Source: Squalus acanthias
Lineage: Eukaryota
Direction: 5' to 3'
Assembly: GCA_030390025.1 (NCBI GenBank)
Contig: CM059432.1
Location: 6,696,001-6,760,000 of the forward strand
DNA: 64,000 nt
Of the stretch, positions 51,700-64,000 are shown piece after piece. How positions within the stretch are numbered: position 1 is the first letter of the stretch; every line of letters starts with the position of its first letter. Under the pieces are notes generated by a model. The model was not told where the DNA came from. It made no database searches and saw only the letters and a program-made list of their open reading frames with translations. Made by a program: the position numbers and the translations under genes.

Positions 51700-52349
51700 A
51701 GAGAGAGAGAGAGAGAAATAAAGTGCCTTTTTTAATCTTAGCTATTGAGCTTTGGAAACAAACAATAAGCTCTAATTATCACTGGTGTTTTGTCGATAGT
51801 TAGTAATTAGGATGTTACTATTTACTTACAGCTGTGTGAGAGAGAGAGAGTTACACACAGGCACAGATATACGTGTCCAGGAACTCATCACAAAACAACA
51901 AATTCAATGTTTGCAAAGATCCTTTAGAAAGTCACAAACCAGTGCTGCCAAATATGGGATGCATACAACCTGCCCCGCTCCCCCCATTATCCAATCCAAT
52001 GCTAACAAGACCAAACCTGCCCTCTTTTGCTACCAAAACATAGGACTGCACCCCTAGTTCAACAGCCCCAATCTACCTCCCCGACACTAGTAAATTATCC
52101 GATATCTACCTCCAACTGGTGCATCTTGTATGCCATCTTGCTGTGTATTCTCAGCTTTAAAAATGGTAAGGGTTATAAGATTAAAAAAAACATAGGTATA
52201 TATTGTATAAATAAAATGAATGCTACTCATTTAGTTTCGCAGAATAATGAACAGACTTGTGCAATTCAATCCCCAAGGCATCTGTAAAACTCCTATAATG
52301 CTATTTAATAAAAATGTAATTTGAGTTATTTGGTCCGGATACTGCCCTT

Positions 52350-53245
52350 TATAGCTTGTCCGACATACAGTTCTGGATGAGCAAAAATTTTCTCCAATTA
52401 AATATTGGGAAAACCAAAGCCATTGTTTTCGGTCCCCGCCACAAACTCCGTTCCCTAGCCACTGACTCCATCCCTCTCCCGAACATCTGTCTGAGGCTGA
52501 ACCACACTGTTCGCAACCTTGGTGTCATATTTGACCCTGAAATGAGCTTCCGACCACATATCCGCAGCATAACAAAGACCGCCTACTTCCACCTCTGTAA
52601 CATCGCCCGTCTCCGCCCTTGCCTCAGCTCATCTGCTGCTGAAACCCTCATCCATGCCTTTGTTACCTCTAGACTTGACTATTCCAACGCACACCTGGCT
52701 GGCCTCCCACATTCCACCCTACGTAAACTTGAGTTCATCCAAAACTCGGCTGCCCGTGTCCTAACTCGCACCAAGTCCCGTTCGCCCATCACCCCTGTGC
52801 TCGCTGACCTACACTGGCTCCCGGTTAAGCAGCACTCGATTTCAAAATTCTCATCCTTGTTTTCAAATCCCTCCATGGTCTCACCCCTTCCTATCTCTGT
52901 AATCTCTTTCAGCCCCACAACCCCCCCCCCCCCCCGAGATATCTGTGCTCCTCTAATTCTGCCTTCTTGAGGATCCTTGATTATAATCGCTCAACCTTTG
53001 GTAGCTGTGCCTTCTGTTGCCTTGGCCCTAAGCTCTGGAATTCCCTGCCTAAACCTGTCCGCCTCTTTCCTCCTTTAAGACGCTCCTTAAAACCTACCTC
53101 TTTGACCAAGCCTTTGGTCACCTGCCCTAATTTATCCTTATGCCAATCGGTGTCACAATTTTTTGTCTTAAAATACGCCTGTGCAGCGCCTTGGGACGTT
53201 TTACTACGTTAAAGGCGCTATATAAATACTTGTTGTTGTTGTTGT
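52350..53245 (+). mobile_element. L2 LINE 3' fragment (~0.9 kb)
   Basis: ORF 52356-52970: WMSKNFLQLNIGKT...VRNLGVIFD...LIHAFVTSRLDYSN...LHWLPV; (ttg)n tail. Confidence 0.93.
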
Positions 53246-53344
53246 TAAAATTGCTATGGTTATTAAACAGTGTATCTTCTGGCTCACTGAGCGACACCAT
53301 AAAAAATCCTTTGTCTGTGTGTAGATGTAAATGTGCCTATATGT

Positions 53345-53346
<2 letters not shown>

Positions 53347-53381
<35 letters not shown>
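53347..53381. repeat. (GT)n microsatellite
   Basis: About 17 GT units. Confidence 0.97.
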
Positions 53382-53382
<1 letters not shown>

Positions 53383-53909
53383 ATAAATTGTAATTATGCT
53401 CAAAGCGCGATAACCATGAACAAGTTGAAAAATGCTCGAGCATTTTTATCTGTTGAATGTACAAAGCACTTTCATGCTCCATGTCCCTACACTTTTTTGT
53501 TGTCGAAATTAATGCTACCGAGTGAAATAAGTAGTTCCAACAATTGTGATTTTCCTTATTGAGATTTTAAAATTATATTTAATTCATTGTTTACTTCAGC
53601 CCGTCAGTCACGTCATTGCACTGCATTTCAAGATTGAAACCAGCAGTAATTTTATTAAAAAAAAACACAACCGAGGAAACTAAATCCATTAATGAGCTGT
53701 TTTAAAAATGAGTAGATATAATATGACTGGCTTATACTTAACTGTTTCTTTATTGCTCTATCCCTGTCATTTAGTTTATTCCTAATAGGTTTATGGTAGC
53801 TGAAATAGCACAGTCAATTTCCCTTGGTTCCTGTTTAATTACACTACATGCCAAAGGGCAGGTTTTTTTTCTCACCAATATTCCACCCTTTCCTCTGAAT
53901 TCGTTGCCT

Positions 53910-54235
53910 CTTCATGAAGGGTTTAGCTAGAGTAAATAAAGAGAAACTGTTTCCAATGGCTGAAGGGTCGATAACCAGAGGGTGATTGGGAAACGAACCA
54001 GAGACGACATGAGGAAAAACTTTTTTACGCAACGAGTGGTTAGGATTTGGAATGCGCTGCCTGTTAGGGCGGTGGATACAGACTTTCAGACGGGAATTGG
54101 ATAAATACTTGAAGGAGAAAAAATTGCAGTGATATGGGGAAGGACCGGGGAGTGGGACTAACTGGATTGCTCTTTGAAAGACCTGCGCAGACTCGATGGG
54201 CCAAATGGCCTCCTTCTGTGCTTATGATTCAGTGA
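53910..54235 (+). mobile_element. CR1 LINE 3' end
   Basis: gaggaaaaacttttttacgcaacgagtggttaggatttggaatgcgctgcc and CR1-type 3' UTR. Confidence 0.85.
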
Positions 54236-56397
54236 TTCACTGGAGTATGTTTCCATGGGTACCAGCCATCCTCAGTACCTTACTGAAGTGCCCATTATTT
54301 ATTTGTGAGCGTTGGTAGGCTATTTGATTATGGGGGCATTGTGCTTCATCCTGTCCTCTCAACGTTCAAACAAACACACCCACACTTCCAACGATAATTA
54401 CTGGACAATGATTAGGAGTGGGAATGTTGGCCGACTTCTCCCCCCCCCGACTCCCCGCCCTCTTACTGAGGATAAAAGTATCGTCTCTATTGCTGCCTGG
54501 CTGGGTCACCTTGGTGTGTGCGACTCAGCTACTCATTGATTACATTTGCTGAGCCGTTGGGAAGCCCACCAAAGGCCAAGTTGAGGCACAAGTCTCAACG
54601 TACCTTCGGAAAAAAAATTACCCAAGGATGTAAAAAATGCTCGGATCTTTTTTTACTTTGTGTATTTCTGAAATCTGATTTGTATGCTGATGGAAGATCT
54701 GCACCTGGAATTTCCTTGGGGTTTCTTCCAATCTCCTGGTGTAACTTCGATGGAAATGGCCGTTTATGCCGTCCGTTCAGGGTTTCTGTAAGAGATCAGG
54801 AGAACACATGCATCATACATAAGAGGCCTTGTAAGCAATCAGAACACAACATTAGTGATCTTTTCAATTTTTTTTATTGCTGGGGTTCAAGACTGATTAT
54901 ATTTTATAACTTTTATTTCATGAACTGCTTCCAGCTGTCCTCCCATGTGTGGGGCAGTCAGTTGTCCAATAAGTATCATCTTCCATATTCTGCTGTTTAT
55001 ATTGACTTGCCTGAATAATTTTCCACAGAACATCTGCAGCCACAGAGCATCTGTTCCTAATAGTCCTCACTTCTGTAATTTTCTCTCTTTCCCCTGCAAT
55101 CACAAACTGAACATCTCTTTTTACAGGAGCTTTTGCACCCTCGATTATTACCTTCAACACTTGATTCTGCCGTCAGATGTAGCACCCACACAATAGGATG
55201 ATGGGACAATTTCTCAAAATGCGGTTGATTACCCGCCTCTGTCAGACAAATAGTGTCAGCATATTCCAAGTCGATCCCAGCAGAAACCTGAGTTGACTTG
55301 CCTCTGGTTCTCATACTGTGCTTAATAAGAGCTTCATATCCTCTACTTCTTCCCAACTCATCCAGGTTCTTTGTTGACCCATCTGAACCACACTTTTTAA
55401 GTCTTGCTTTCTTTTCGCTCACTTCTGTCATCATCCACTTTCCGGACTTTCTCTTGTTGGAGATGGCCATTGCCTGGCACTTGTGTGGCGCGAATGTTAC
55501 TTTCCACTTGTCAGCCCAAGCCTGAATTTTGTCCAAGTCTTGCTGCACGCGGATTCATTCTCTGCACGCCAGAAACTTCTCATCTCTTCAGTGCCAACAC
55601 CAATGTGCCTCTGAACCCCCATTTCCACAGCCTCCTTGACTCTGCCCTTTATTTAGCTTCCCACTTACTACACTTCCTTCCAGATCATAATGTATCAGCA
55701 GGTGTTGGAATTTAGGAACATAGGAACAGGAGTAGGCTATTCAGCTCCTCGAGCCTGTTCCGCCATTCAATTAGATCGTGGTTGATCTGTATCTCGACAC
55801 CAATATGCTGGCCTTAGTTCCGCAACCCTTAATGCCCTTGCCTAACAATCAATCATACCTTGTACCTTACCAACTTTAAACTCTTTCTGCAATTAAAAAA
55901 AATGTTTAATGTGTGCTCTGTGCTTTGAATAAGAAATAGATATGGCAAGCATGAATACCATGATTCTTGCTATGAAACGTACTTTCCTGTGCTGCAAAGA
56001 TCTGTCGAGTCACAGAGAGTTGAGTTGAAATGAATATATTTACAGAATTCCAGATAAATTCTTCAGTCTTTCATCAGCTGTAACCACAAATTCGAGCTTA
56101 AAAGGAGATGGGCAGTTCCCAGTTTCCTATTACCTGGTTTACTGATTTTTTTTCTGTTTGTAGTGCTGTTCCGTTCATCTACTGCAATTCTATAGTAAAC
56201 TTGCCCTTTTAGAAGTAGCACAAAAATAGTTAGACTAGTGAGCACTAGGGAAAATGTAGAAAGCCCAGAGATTGGTAGGAAAGACAAAGCAAATGATCAG
56301 TTCTTATTGCTGTGGAGGAGACACGTTGAAATGCAAGGTATTTATTTTGTTGCACATCAACCTAAAGATCAAGGATTTACCACAACATGAATACTCA

Positions 56398-57065
56398 GGG
56401 CTGGATTTTGATACTGGGGAGGGTTGGGGTCGTGTCATCCACTTTTCGTGTTATCCACCCGACTGCAATTGGATGTGGGAGATTGATGCGATTTTCACCT
56501 AATTGGGCAATTGAGTTCCAGCATGTGGGAACCCATGAACCAATTAGTGTTTTCAGTCTGAAAGTCGCCTTTGATGATGTCATCATTGCTGCTGCATTGA
56601 AGGTCTTCAAAGACTGCCTGGCCTTTGCTGTGAGAGGACCTGCAAAATGAGCAGCAGCAGCCCTAAGTCTGCTCCCAGATATTTTTACACCACCACTCCC
56701 AGATATGTCTCCTCTCCATCCATCCACATAGCTATCCATATATGCATCCCCATAGTCGGCCGGCCGTGCTCCTGCCAGGTTTCACAATCATGGTTCAGAA
56801 CAGGCGTACTTCACGTAGAACAAGGGTTAAAATCACACAGGCCTTTCAAAATGGCATTATAGAGGCAATTTAGTGCTTGTTAAGGGCCTTAACAGCCTAT
56901 CCCGCCTCTTAGAGGCGGGATGGAGTCGGGACCAGCAGACACGATTTAATGAAAATTGCATGGAGGCGGGATGGAGGTGGACTTGTGCCCGCCCACCAGT
57001 TTTCGCAATTTTAACCCCCCACACGCCTCCAAACCCACCTCCACGGGTCAATGAAAATCCAGCCC
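56398..57065. mobile_element. PIF/Harbinger-like non-autonomous element
   Basis: Perfect 12-bp TIR GGGCTGGATTTT; flanks tca/aca. Confidence 0.78.
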
Positions 57066-57234
57066 ACAGTCTTTGTACAAAAATCAGTATCCTTTGACAG
57101 AAGCTTCTACTACTTCAGCTCTGCAGAGTTTGAGAAAGCTTGACTGATGCTGCTGTCACAATCCACAATTACAAATATCCAGCTACTTAGCTTGCTGATC
57201 ACAAGTTGTGCTAGGGCAGACAGGTCGTGAGGAT

Positions 57235-57746
57235 GGGGGCGATTTTAACCTTCTCTTCTCCTTCGGCAGTCCCACGGGACCGAGGATGACTTGCTCCCAC
57301 ACTAAAAATGAGTTCTCAGGTGACTGATGAGTCCAATCCGGGACCTACAGTCTCTGTCACAGGTGGGGCAGACGGTGGTTGAAGGGGCGGGTGGGTGGGG
57401 TGCTTGGGTTGACGTGCGCTCCTTCCGCTGTTTGCACTTGGCTTCGCTTGCTCCCGGCGAAGAGACTCAAGGTGCTCGGCGCCTTTCCTTAACCTTACTC
57501 GCTCAGCAGAAACCTGGCGGGCAGGCACTTAAAATCGGCCTGGCTCTTAATTGTCCGAAAGCCGCCATGCTCGCAACATCTGCAATTTTAACCTGCGCTG
57601 CTGAGCGGGCAGCAAGAACACGCCCCCGGAGCCAACAGGGTCCTTCTTTACATATGCATGTTGCTGCCCGATGACATCATTGAGACCCGACTGTAATTTT
57701 AACTCTGGCCTGAGCAGGGAATCCGCCCGGAGTTAAAATCGAGGCC
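57235..57746. mobile_element. PIF/Harbinger-like MITE interrupted by an RTE fragment
   Basis: GAT|GGGGGCGATTTTAAC ... GTTAAAATCGAGGCC|GAT. Confidence 0.8.
57253..57488 (-). mobile_element. RTE LINE 3' end
   Basis: Reverse complement of about 940-1140; TSD ttaacctt at 57245-57252 and 57489-57496. Confidence 0.9.
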
Positions 57747-58104
57747 GATGTGTGCGGGGGAAAACAGCTTGGAAAAGAGTGTAAATAGAATCATATTCTA
57801 CTGGCACTCTTTTTCCAAGTTTTTTTCCACACACAAGGAGTTGCCAAGTAGTTTGGTGTTACATATTTCCAGGGCATTCGAGTTCTGCAAAACCAATATA
57901 TTTGACTAACAAAATCTGTGGTCCTATTTGTCAGGCTACAGTGGGAACGTATTTTGTTCAGTGCAGTCTGAAACAATAAAGACTAGTGGACTTGATGGTA
58001 ATGCCCTCCTACATGTTCACTCCATCCAGTAAGACAGCTCAGATGTTACCAGGGCTCTTTTCAGTGATGGCTCTTGTCTTTACTTAAGCAAGATGCATTT
58101 GGGA

Positions 58105-58872
58105 GGGCTAACGAGGCAAGGGAATACACAGTAAATGGTAGGAAATGTAGACCAACAGAGGGACCTTGGAGTGCATGTCCATAGACCCCTGAAGGTAGCA
58201 GGACAGGTAGATAAGGTGGTTAAGAAGGCATATGGGATACTTGCCTTTATTAGCCGATGAATAGAATATAAGAGCAGGGAGGTTATGCTAGAACTGTATA
58301 AAACACTAGTTAGGCCGCAGCTAGAGTACTGCGTGCAGTTTTAGTCACCACATTACAGGAAAGATGTGGTTGCACGAGAGAGGGTACTGAGGTGATTTCC
58401 GAGGATGTTGCCAGGACTGGAGAATTTCAGCTATGAGGAAAGATTGGATAGGCTGGGGTTGTTTCCTTTGGCACAGAGGAGGTTGAGGGGAGACATGATT
58501 GAGGTGTATAAAATTATGAGAAACTTAGATAGAGTGGATAAGAAGGACCTACTTCCCTCAGCAGAGAGGCTAATAACCAGGAGGCATAGATTTTAAGTAA
58601 TTGGTAAAAGATTAGAGGGGATTTGAGGAAAACTTTTTTCACCCAGAGGGTGGTAGGGGCCTGGATCTCACTGCCTGAAAGGTTGGTAGAAGTAGAAACC
58701 CTCATCGCATTTAAGAAGTACTTGGGGTATGCAGTTGAAGTGCCGTAAGGGCTGGTATATAAGGCTACGAACCAAGAGCTGGAAAGTGGGATTAGGCTGG
58801 ATAACACTTTTTTGACCGGCGCAGGCACGATGGGCCAAATGGCCTCCTGTGCCGCAACTTTCTATGATTCTA
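58105..58872 (+). mobile_element. CR1 LINE 3' fragment
   Basis: LYKTLVRPQLEYCVQF and SYEERLDRLGLF...RRLRGDMIEVYKIM. Confidence 0.9.
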
Positions 58873-59214
58873 AGATGTGCATATTAATGCTAGAAACATG
58901 AGCTGCCGTTGTATTGTTTGAAAAAGTCAATACGAAAACCAGTGCTGCTTTACATGCTGCCTGTCCTGTATGTAGGAAAGAAAGTACCAAGTATTATGAT
59001 CTTTATGTGCAAAAGTTAAAACACAGTAACTATTAAAAAAATAATTCACTCTGCAGCCTAAAATTCTAACAATATTTCGAAGTCAAGATTGTTGAATCAA
59101 ACATTAAGCCATGCATTAAGCTCCATGCTTGGCCACTGTATCTCAAATATGTGTTAGCTTAGCTTAGCTTGCAGCACTCTAAGTAATTTGTCAGTTTAAG
59201 CCCTTGATCGCATA

Positions 59215-59530
59215 ATTTAGACTGAGATGCCAGTGAATGAGGGAGTGTTGCCTTATAGGCGGTGCCATCCATTCGGTGAGATGTTGAGCTGAGGTCCTGT
59301 CTGCCTGTTCAGGCGGATGTTAAAGATCCAGTGGTACTATTTGAAAAAGAACAGGAAGAACTTCTGGTGTGCTAGCCAGCATTCTGCCCTCAACCAGTAC
59401 TGCAAAAATAAACAGTTAACAATCGTTTCATTGACATTAGTGGGACATTGTTGTCAGAGAATAGTTCACTCCAATTCATTGTGTGAAGCATTTTGATGAA
59501 GTGATAAGCTATTTAAATGCAAGTGTTTCT
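59215..59530 (+). mobile_element. Old, diverged Deu-SINE
   Basis: gagatgttgagctgaggtcctgtctgcc...ggatgttaaagatccagtggtactatttgaa resembles the SINE core. Confidence 0.7.
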
Positions 59531-59714
59531 TTGTATTTCTTTCCAAAACACATGTCCAGCTAATCTTGTATCATAGTATCTACCAGAATTGATTCAGAGA
59601 TCGTTGTCTTTGCAGCTCTTAATAATTAAACAGAACAAAAATACCAGTTTGCAAAGGAATGCAAAACACATAAACACTTGTACAGAAATAATAGAGAAAA
59701 GACATCAACACAAC

Positions 59715-59950
59715 GACACCTTGTATTTATATTGCATCTTTAGCGTAGTAAAATATCCCAAGGCCTTTCACAGGAGCGTTACCAGACAAAAATTTGACAC
59801 CGAGCCAAAAAAAGGAGGTATTGGGACAGGTGACCAAAAGCTTGGTCAAAGAGGTAGGTTTTAAAGAGCGTGTTAAAGGGGGAGAGAGAGGTAGCGAGTG
59901 ACAGAGATTTAGGGTCACATCTTAAAAGAGAGAGAGGCGGAGAGGTTTTG
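59715..59950 (-). mobile_element. L2 3' end
   Basis: Homologous to 5189-5400. Confidence 0.82.
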
Positions 59951-60298
59951 GGTCTGCTTTCTGGATTTGAAACCAGCCTAGACTAACTGGATGAAACACT
60001 CTTCTGACTGTTGGCTCCAAGGATTCCGTATGAAATAAGTTTGGGCAATGTCAGTTCAGTTCCATGAGGATATGGACCCACAACACACAACAGCCCGGTA
60101 ATTGCACTAAATTGGTCATTTTAAACAGGGTGGCTGAGATGGGAAATGCATGATGTTTTGCCAGATGATGCTTCCTGAGAGCTGATCGCTAAGGCACATG
60201 TTTGGAGCAGAGCTGAGGGTATCTCTGCCTTTAACTATGCTGTACTTGAACAGGGATTAATTAGCGCTGACACTGGGTGTTTTCTTTTCCCTTTACAG

Positions 60299-60446
60299 CA
60301 GCCTGCAGGAGCTGTTCAGTTAGTCATGGCAGCAACAAGGAAGAAGGAGGATGAGGTATCTGTTGGCAGTACGCCTTTGGCAATGCAGCAGTCAAATCAG
60401 GCCTCTGAATATGCCAGCAGCCCTGTCAAAACAAAAACTGCAACAG
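60299..60446 (+). CDS. VPS13B: VPS13B internal coding exon (likely ortholog of human exon 21)
   Basis: Acceptor ttttccctttacag|CAGCCT and donor CAACAG|gtaggt; 148 bp, phase 0 to 1, in frame with the previous exon. Translates QPAGAVQLVMAATRKKEDEVSVGSTPLAMQQSNQASEYASSPVKTKTAT; recalled human sequence is RRKEDEVSIGSAPLAKQQSYQASEYASSPVKTKTVT. Confidence 0.96.
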
Positions 60447-60704
60447 GTAGGTTATTAGTTTTAACTTAGTACCTCGCATGTGATTCGATCAGCTGTACAA
60501 ATGTTAAGATGTACTTGACGACATTCCTAACAAATGTTGATCCAGGCCATAAGAAAATAGTTTCAAGCGTTACGAATTTAAAAAAAACATGCTGGGTATT
60601 TTGAAATAATATTGATCAATTTTATTGAGGGGGTGAGGTATAAGAGTACAACATGCTTCTAAAGAATAAGTTACAGGTGGACAATTAATTGGCAAATGTG
60701 ATTG

Positions 60705-60981
60705 AAAGTAAAAACCCATTTGCTTCACCAGTGTCCTTTAGGGAAGGAAACCTGCCGCCCTTACCCAGTCTGGGCCTATGTGTGATTCCAGACTCTCAGC
60801 AATGTGGTTGACTCTTAACTGCCCTCTAAAATGGCCAAGCAAGTCACTCAGTTGTACCAAACCGCTACAAAGCAGTTGTGCAAGGAGGCGGCTCACCACC
60901 ACCTTCTCGAGGGCAATTAGGGATGGGCAATAAATGCTGGCCTTGCCAGCGACGCCCACATCCCGTGAACAAATTAAAAAA
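60705..60981 (+). mobile_element. tRNA-derived SINE, second family, 5'-truncated
   Basis: Homologous to about 45680-45945. Confidence 0.82.
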
Positions 60982-62734
60982 GAGAGTGGCTCAGGCAATC
61001 TTTGACTGGTGGTCCCAGCCAATAGACAATAAGTGTACATCATTGACTTGTAATCCCCTAATCCTATGAAGGTGTGTAGTAAAGATGCTCGGCAGATACG
61101 CCCAAATAAACATTTAGGACGTTGCCAAAGATTTCGTCACTCCCACCAATGAGAATACTATGTTGGTGGTGTAATATGGAGCAATGAAATAAGGCAAATT
61201 TAATTGGTGCTTGTACAGCTGCTCCCATACAGTCTTCATATTTATAAGATCCTTGAATTTTAAATGGAATTTCCAATATTTCTCTCTTTTTCACAAGTCC
61301 TGTCAAAATTTCCGTTTCTCATATGGGGTGATTTATTGTATGTTTACGTGACACGTACAGGCATTTCATGGCTAAATAAGCGCTGTTTCTCTCGCTGGCT
61401 TCTATCAGTCAGTACCCGACGTGTGAAGGCACATTATTAACATTTGAGAAAGTTAAGTTTTTTTTTAATTGGAGGAGATGTCTTACCTAATACTGTGGGA
61501 TTATATGTAAATATAAGTTCTCCACAGACCTAAAATGGTTAATTCAGACGTATTTTTTCAGTATTCAATGTTCAACACTAGAGATATTTTCACTTCTCCA
61601 GGCGTGAGGGGGAGGGGGTACGGAAGAAAGAGGGCAAGAATCCATGCAGTTGAATTGTTCACCTTAATATTATTTGACTTGAGAAACTTTGAACGTCTTC
61701 TCATTAGATTTAGTTTTATTTAAACAATAGCCGTGGTAAGGATTATTTGTTTGTCTTGTTTATATGTGTACATGAAGAATGATGCTTCATGTCCCTACTT
61801 TGGAAGACCATTCGGTTTTCACCTGATCATTTTAGGATCAGCACAGAAAGAAGCCACTTGGCCTGTTGTGCCTGTTCTTGGTCTACATTGGAGCTAGATC
61901 CTCTTATCCAATGTCCCTGCTCTTTCATTGAAACCTTTGATGCTTTTCTTGAGGAAGTATCTAATTATGTCTTGAATGTTGACTCTTCTTCAATGACCAC
62001 TTGCTGCTTGTGATAATGCTGCTCATGTTCGAATGACCCTTAACATGAAAAAAAATTCTTCTGATCTGCCCCTTTGTCAGTGATTTACGGGCCAGCGGAA
62101 ATAATTTTTCACTATTTATGTCCTCAACCCCTCCCAAAAATGTAAACACGCATATTGGATCACCCCCTAACCCTAATAGGAAAGGGTGGTAATATCGCAC
62201 ATTGGCACGAATTATATTATGCTTGGCACGATGGCACGACTGAAAGGGAATACAAAACTATGGTGCATAAGTTTCAAGCAAAGGTGATTGTATCTGAGTT
62301 GCTTCCAGTGTTATCTGGGGATATGGAGAGAATGAGCAGCTCAGTGCACTTCAGTAAGTGGAAAGAATGATCCAGAAAGGATAGGCTACATCTAACCAGA
62401 TAAAGGGGCTAAACCATGGGTGTAACTAGGATTCATTTAAACAAAAACAAGGGGAAAATGACAAACCAATATAACTGCAGGATGAAGGAAACAATATTAA
62501 TCAGGGTGATGACAGGAATATAATTAAACTCAAACTAAGTGGAGGAGAGGAAGGATTTAGCAGCTATTGAAAGGGTGGTTATAACAGCGGCAAGCGAGTT
62601 GCCAGAAGCAGGTTGGGTAGAAAATATTAATTGTAAAAGTAACAACATAATAGTTGCTAACTGCTACTCACCGCAGCTCAAAGTGAAAGAGTAGGGAATG
62701 AGATGTTTGGTAAATTACAGAAGCCCAGGACTGT

Positions 62735-63597
62735 GGCCGCGATTTTTCCAATGGATGCGGCTTGGGGGCGGGACAGCTGCTTTCCGGGTTCCAGTCCCGC
62801 CCTCAACGACATCAGATGCACAGACGCGATTTTGTGTCAGCTGGCCATGTTCGGGCTTGCCAGCCAATTAAGAGGAAGCCGGTGTCAGATGACGTCAGTT
62901 GATGATGCATCATCTGCCGGTTTTCTTAAAGGGGCCACGCACAAGTTTTTTTGACCGCTGATTTTTCAGTGTTTGACAGCATTGAGGTGCTGCAAACACT
63001 GACGATCACTGTACAAAGGTGAGCCCTTGCACTCAGGCTCTCCAGTGACTCCCTCCTTAGGCTAGAACAGATGGCAGCTGCAGGTGAGGTTACAGAAGCG
63101 ATCTGTCACTGGTGAGAGAGGTTCTCCCAATGAGGTGGGACTACACACACAATCCAAAACTTGTCACCTACAGAAAAGTGTAAATGCATTTAAAATGATT
63201 TTCCCAACATTTTCTTATCTCTGAAACTCACCAGTGTACCATTGGATCCTTCACACCACTTCTGCAGCTATCATCAATGCAGAAACATTACAGCAGACTC
63301 AGCACGCCACACTTACCTGGCGTGGTGTCCGGATGTCGGGAAGCCCACAGTAGACCTGTCAAAATTGGAAAAAGCCTCTTAACTGCCTGTTAACAACCTG
63401 TTAACAAGCAGTTAAGTGCCTATAATCCTCTTCCCGCCGCTAGGTGTTGGGTCCATGTGCAAATCGGGGACCCGACACCTGGGAAGATTGTTTGGAGGCG
63501 GATTGACAGCGGGTTTCCAACCCGCTGTCAATCTTTGCGATTTTGCCGGATGTCCCGCCTCCAAACCCGCCCCCTGAGTGCCTGCAAAATTCCGGCC
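62735..63597. mobile_element. PIF/Harbinger-like non-autonomous element, copy B
   Basis: GGCCGCGATTTT ... AAAATTCCGGCC; colinear with 33503-34338 in the same orientation; flanks tgt/tac do not match. Confidence 0.85.
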
Positions 63598-64000
63598 TAC
63601 ATGTTTACAAAGAATGGGGTTTTCCATTGGCGAGAGTGAAAAAGGAGAATCAACAGCTTGCATTTATATAGCACCTTTAACATAGGAAAACGTCCCAAGG
63701 TGCTTCACAGGAGCGCAATCAGACATTATTAAAACTAGATTATCTGGTCATTTATCTTATTGCTCTGCCCGGTTATCCATTCTGTTGAAGTCATGAAAAG
63801 GAAAATTGGCCGGGGTATAAACGGGAGGTCAATGTTTCGAGTCTCCGCCATAGGTGAATATCGCCCCCAAAAGGCACTATTTAAATGCAAGTTCTTCATT
63901 TCTTTCTTACAGAAAGTGCTGGCCTCCTTTATGGACGATGCCATTTACAGTAAGCACGAGCAAAGAATGGTGTGAGAGGGCTCAGGTTTTAACAGCACGT

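Noticed and set aside
54918..55548. Overlapping ORFs of 80-163 aa
   Set aside because: The first part (QQDLDKIQAWADKW) is a LINE RT fragment; the rest has no recognisable homology or clear splice signals.
57324..57350. CTGATGA-GTCC...GGAC resembling a hammerhead core and stem II
   Set aside because: Followed by CTAC, not GAAA; it is the antisense of the RTE ORF2 3' end.

Overview
Vertebrate genomic DNA, most likely from a shark or other cartilaginous fish, judged from the repeat families (Deu-domain SacSINE1-like SINEs, an HE1-like V-SINE, and abundant CR1, L2, RTE and Penelope remnants). The window lies inside VPS13B (COH1) on the + strand. Two coding exons are visible, 50062-50171 (110 bp) and 60299-60446 (148 bp), which I recall as matching human exons 20 and 21. 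The first 50 kb appears to be one long intron. Almost all ORFs in the supplied track are retroelement debris or noise. Points of most interest: (i) minimal type I hammerhead ribozyme motifs in two different Penelope-like remnants, one of them duplicated in a perfect 81-bp inverted repeat with a 14-bp target-site duplication ~300 bp downstream of an exon; (ii) a set of PIF/Harbinger-like non-autonomous elements with 3-bp TSDs, one retaining transposase and Myb-like relics; (iii) a NAGNAG acceptor; (iv) repeat-poor blocks that are candidate conserved enhancers. I cannot show a wholly new biological system here. Family names come from recall, not database searches, and repeat boundaries are approximate unless TSDs are quoted.
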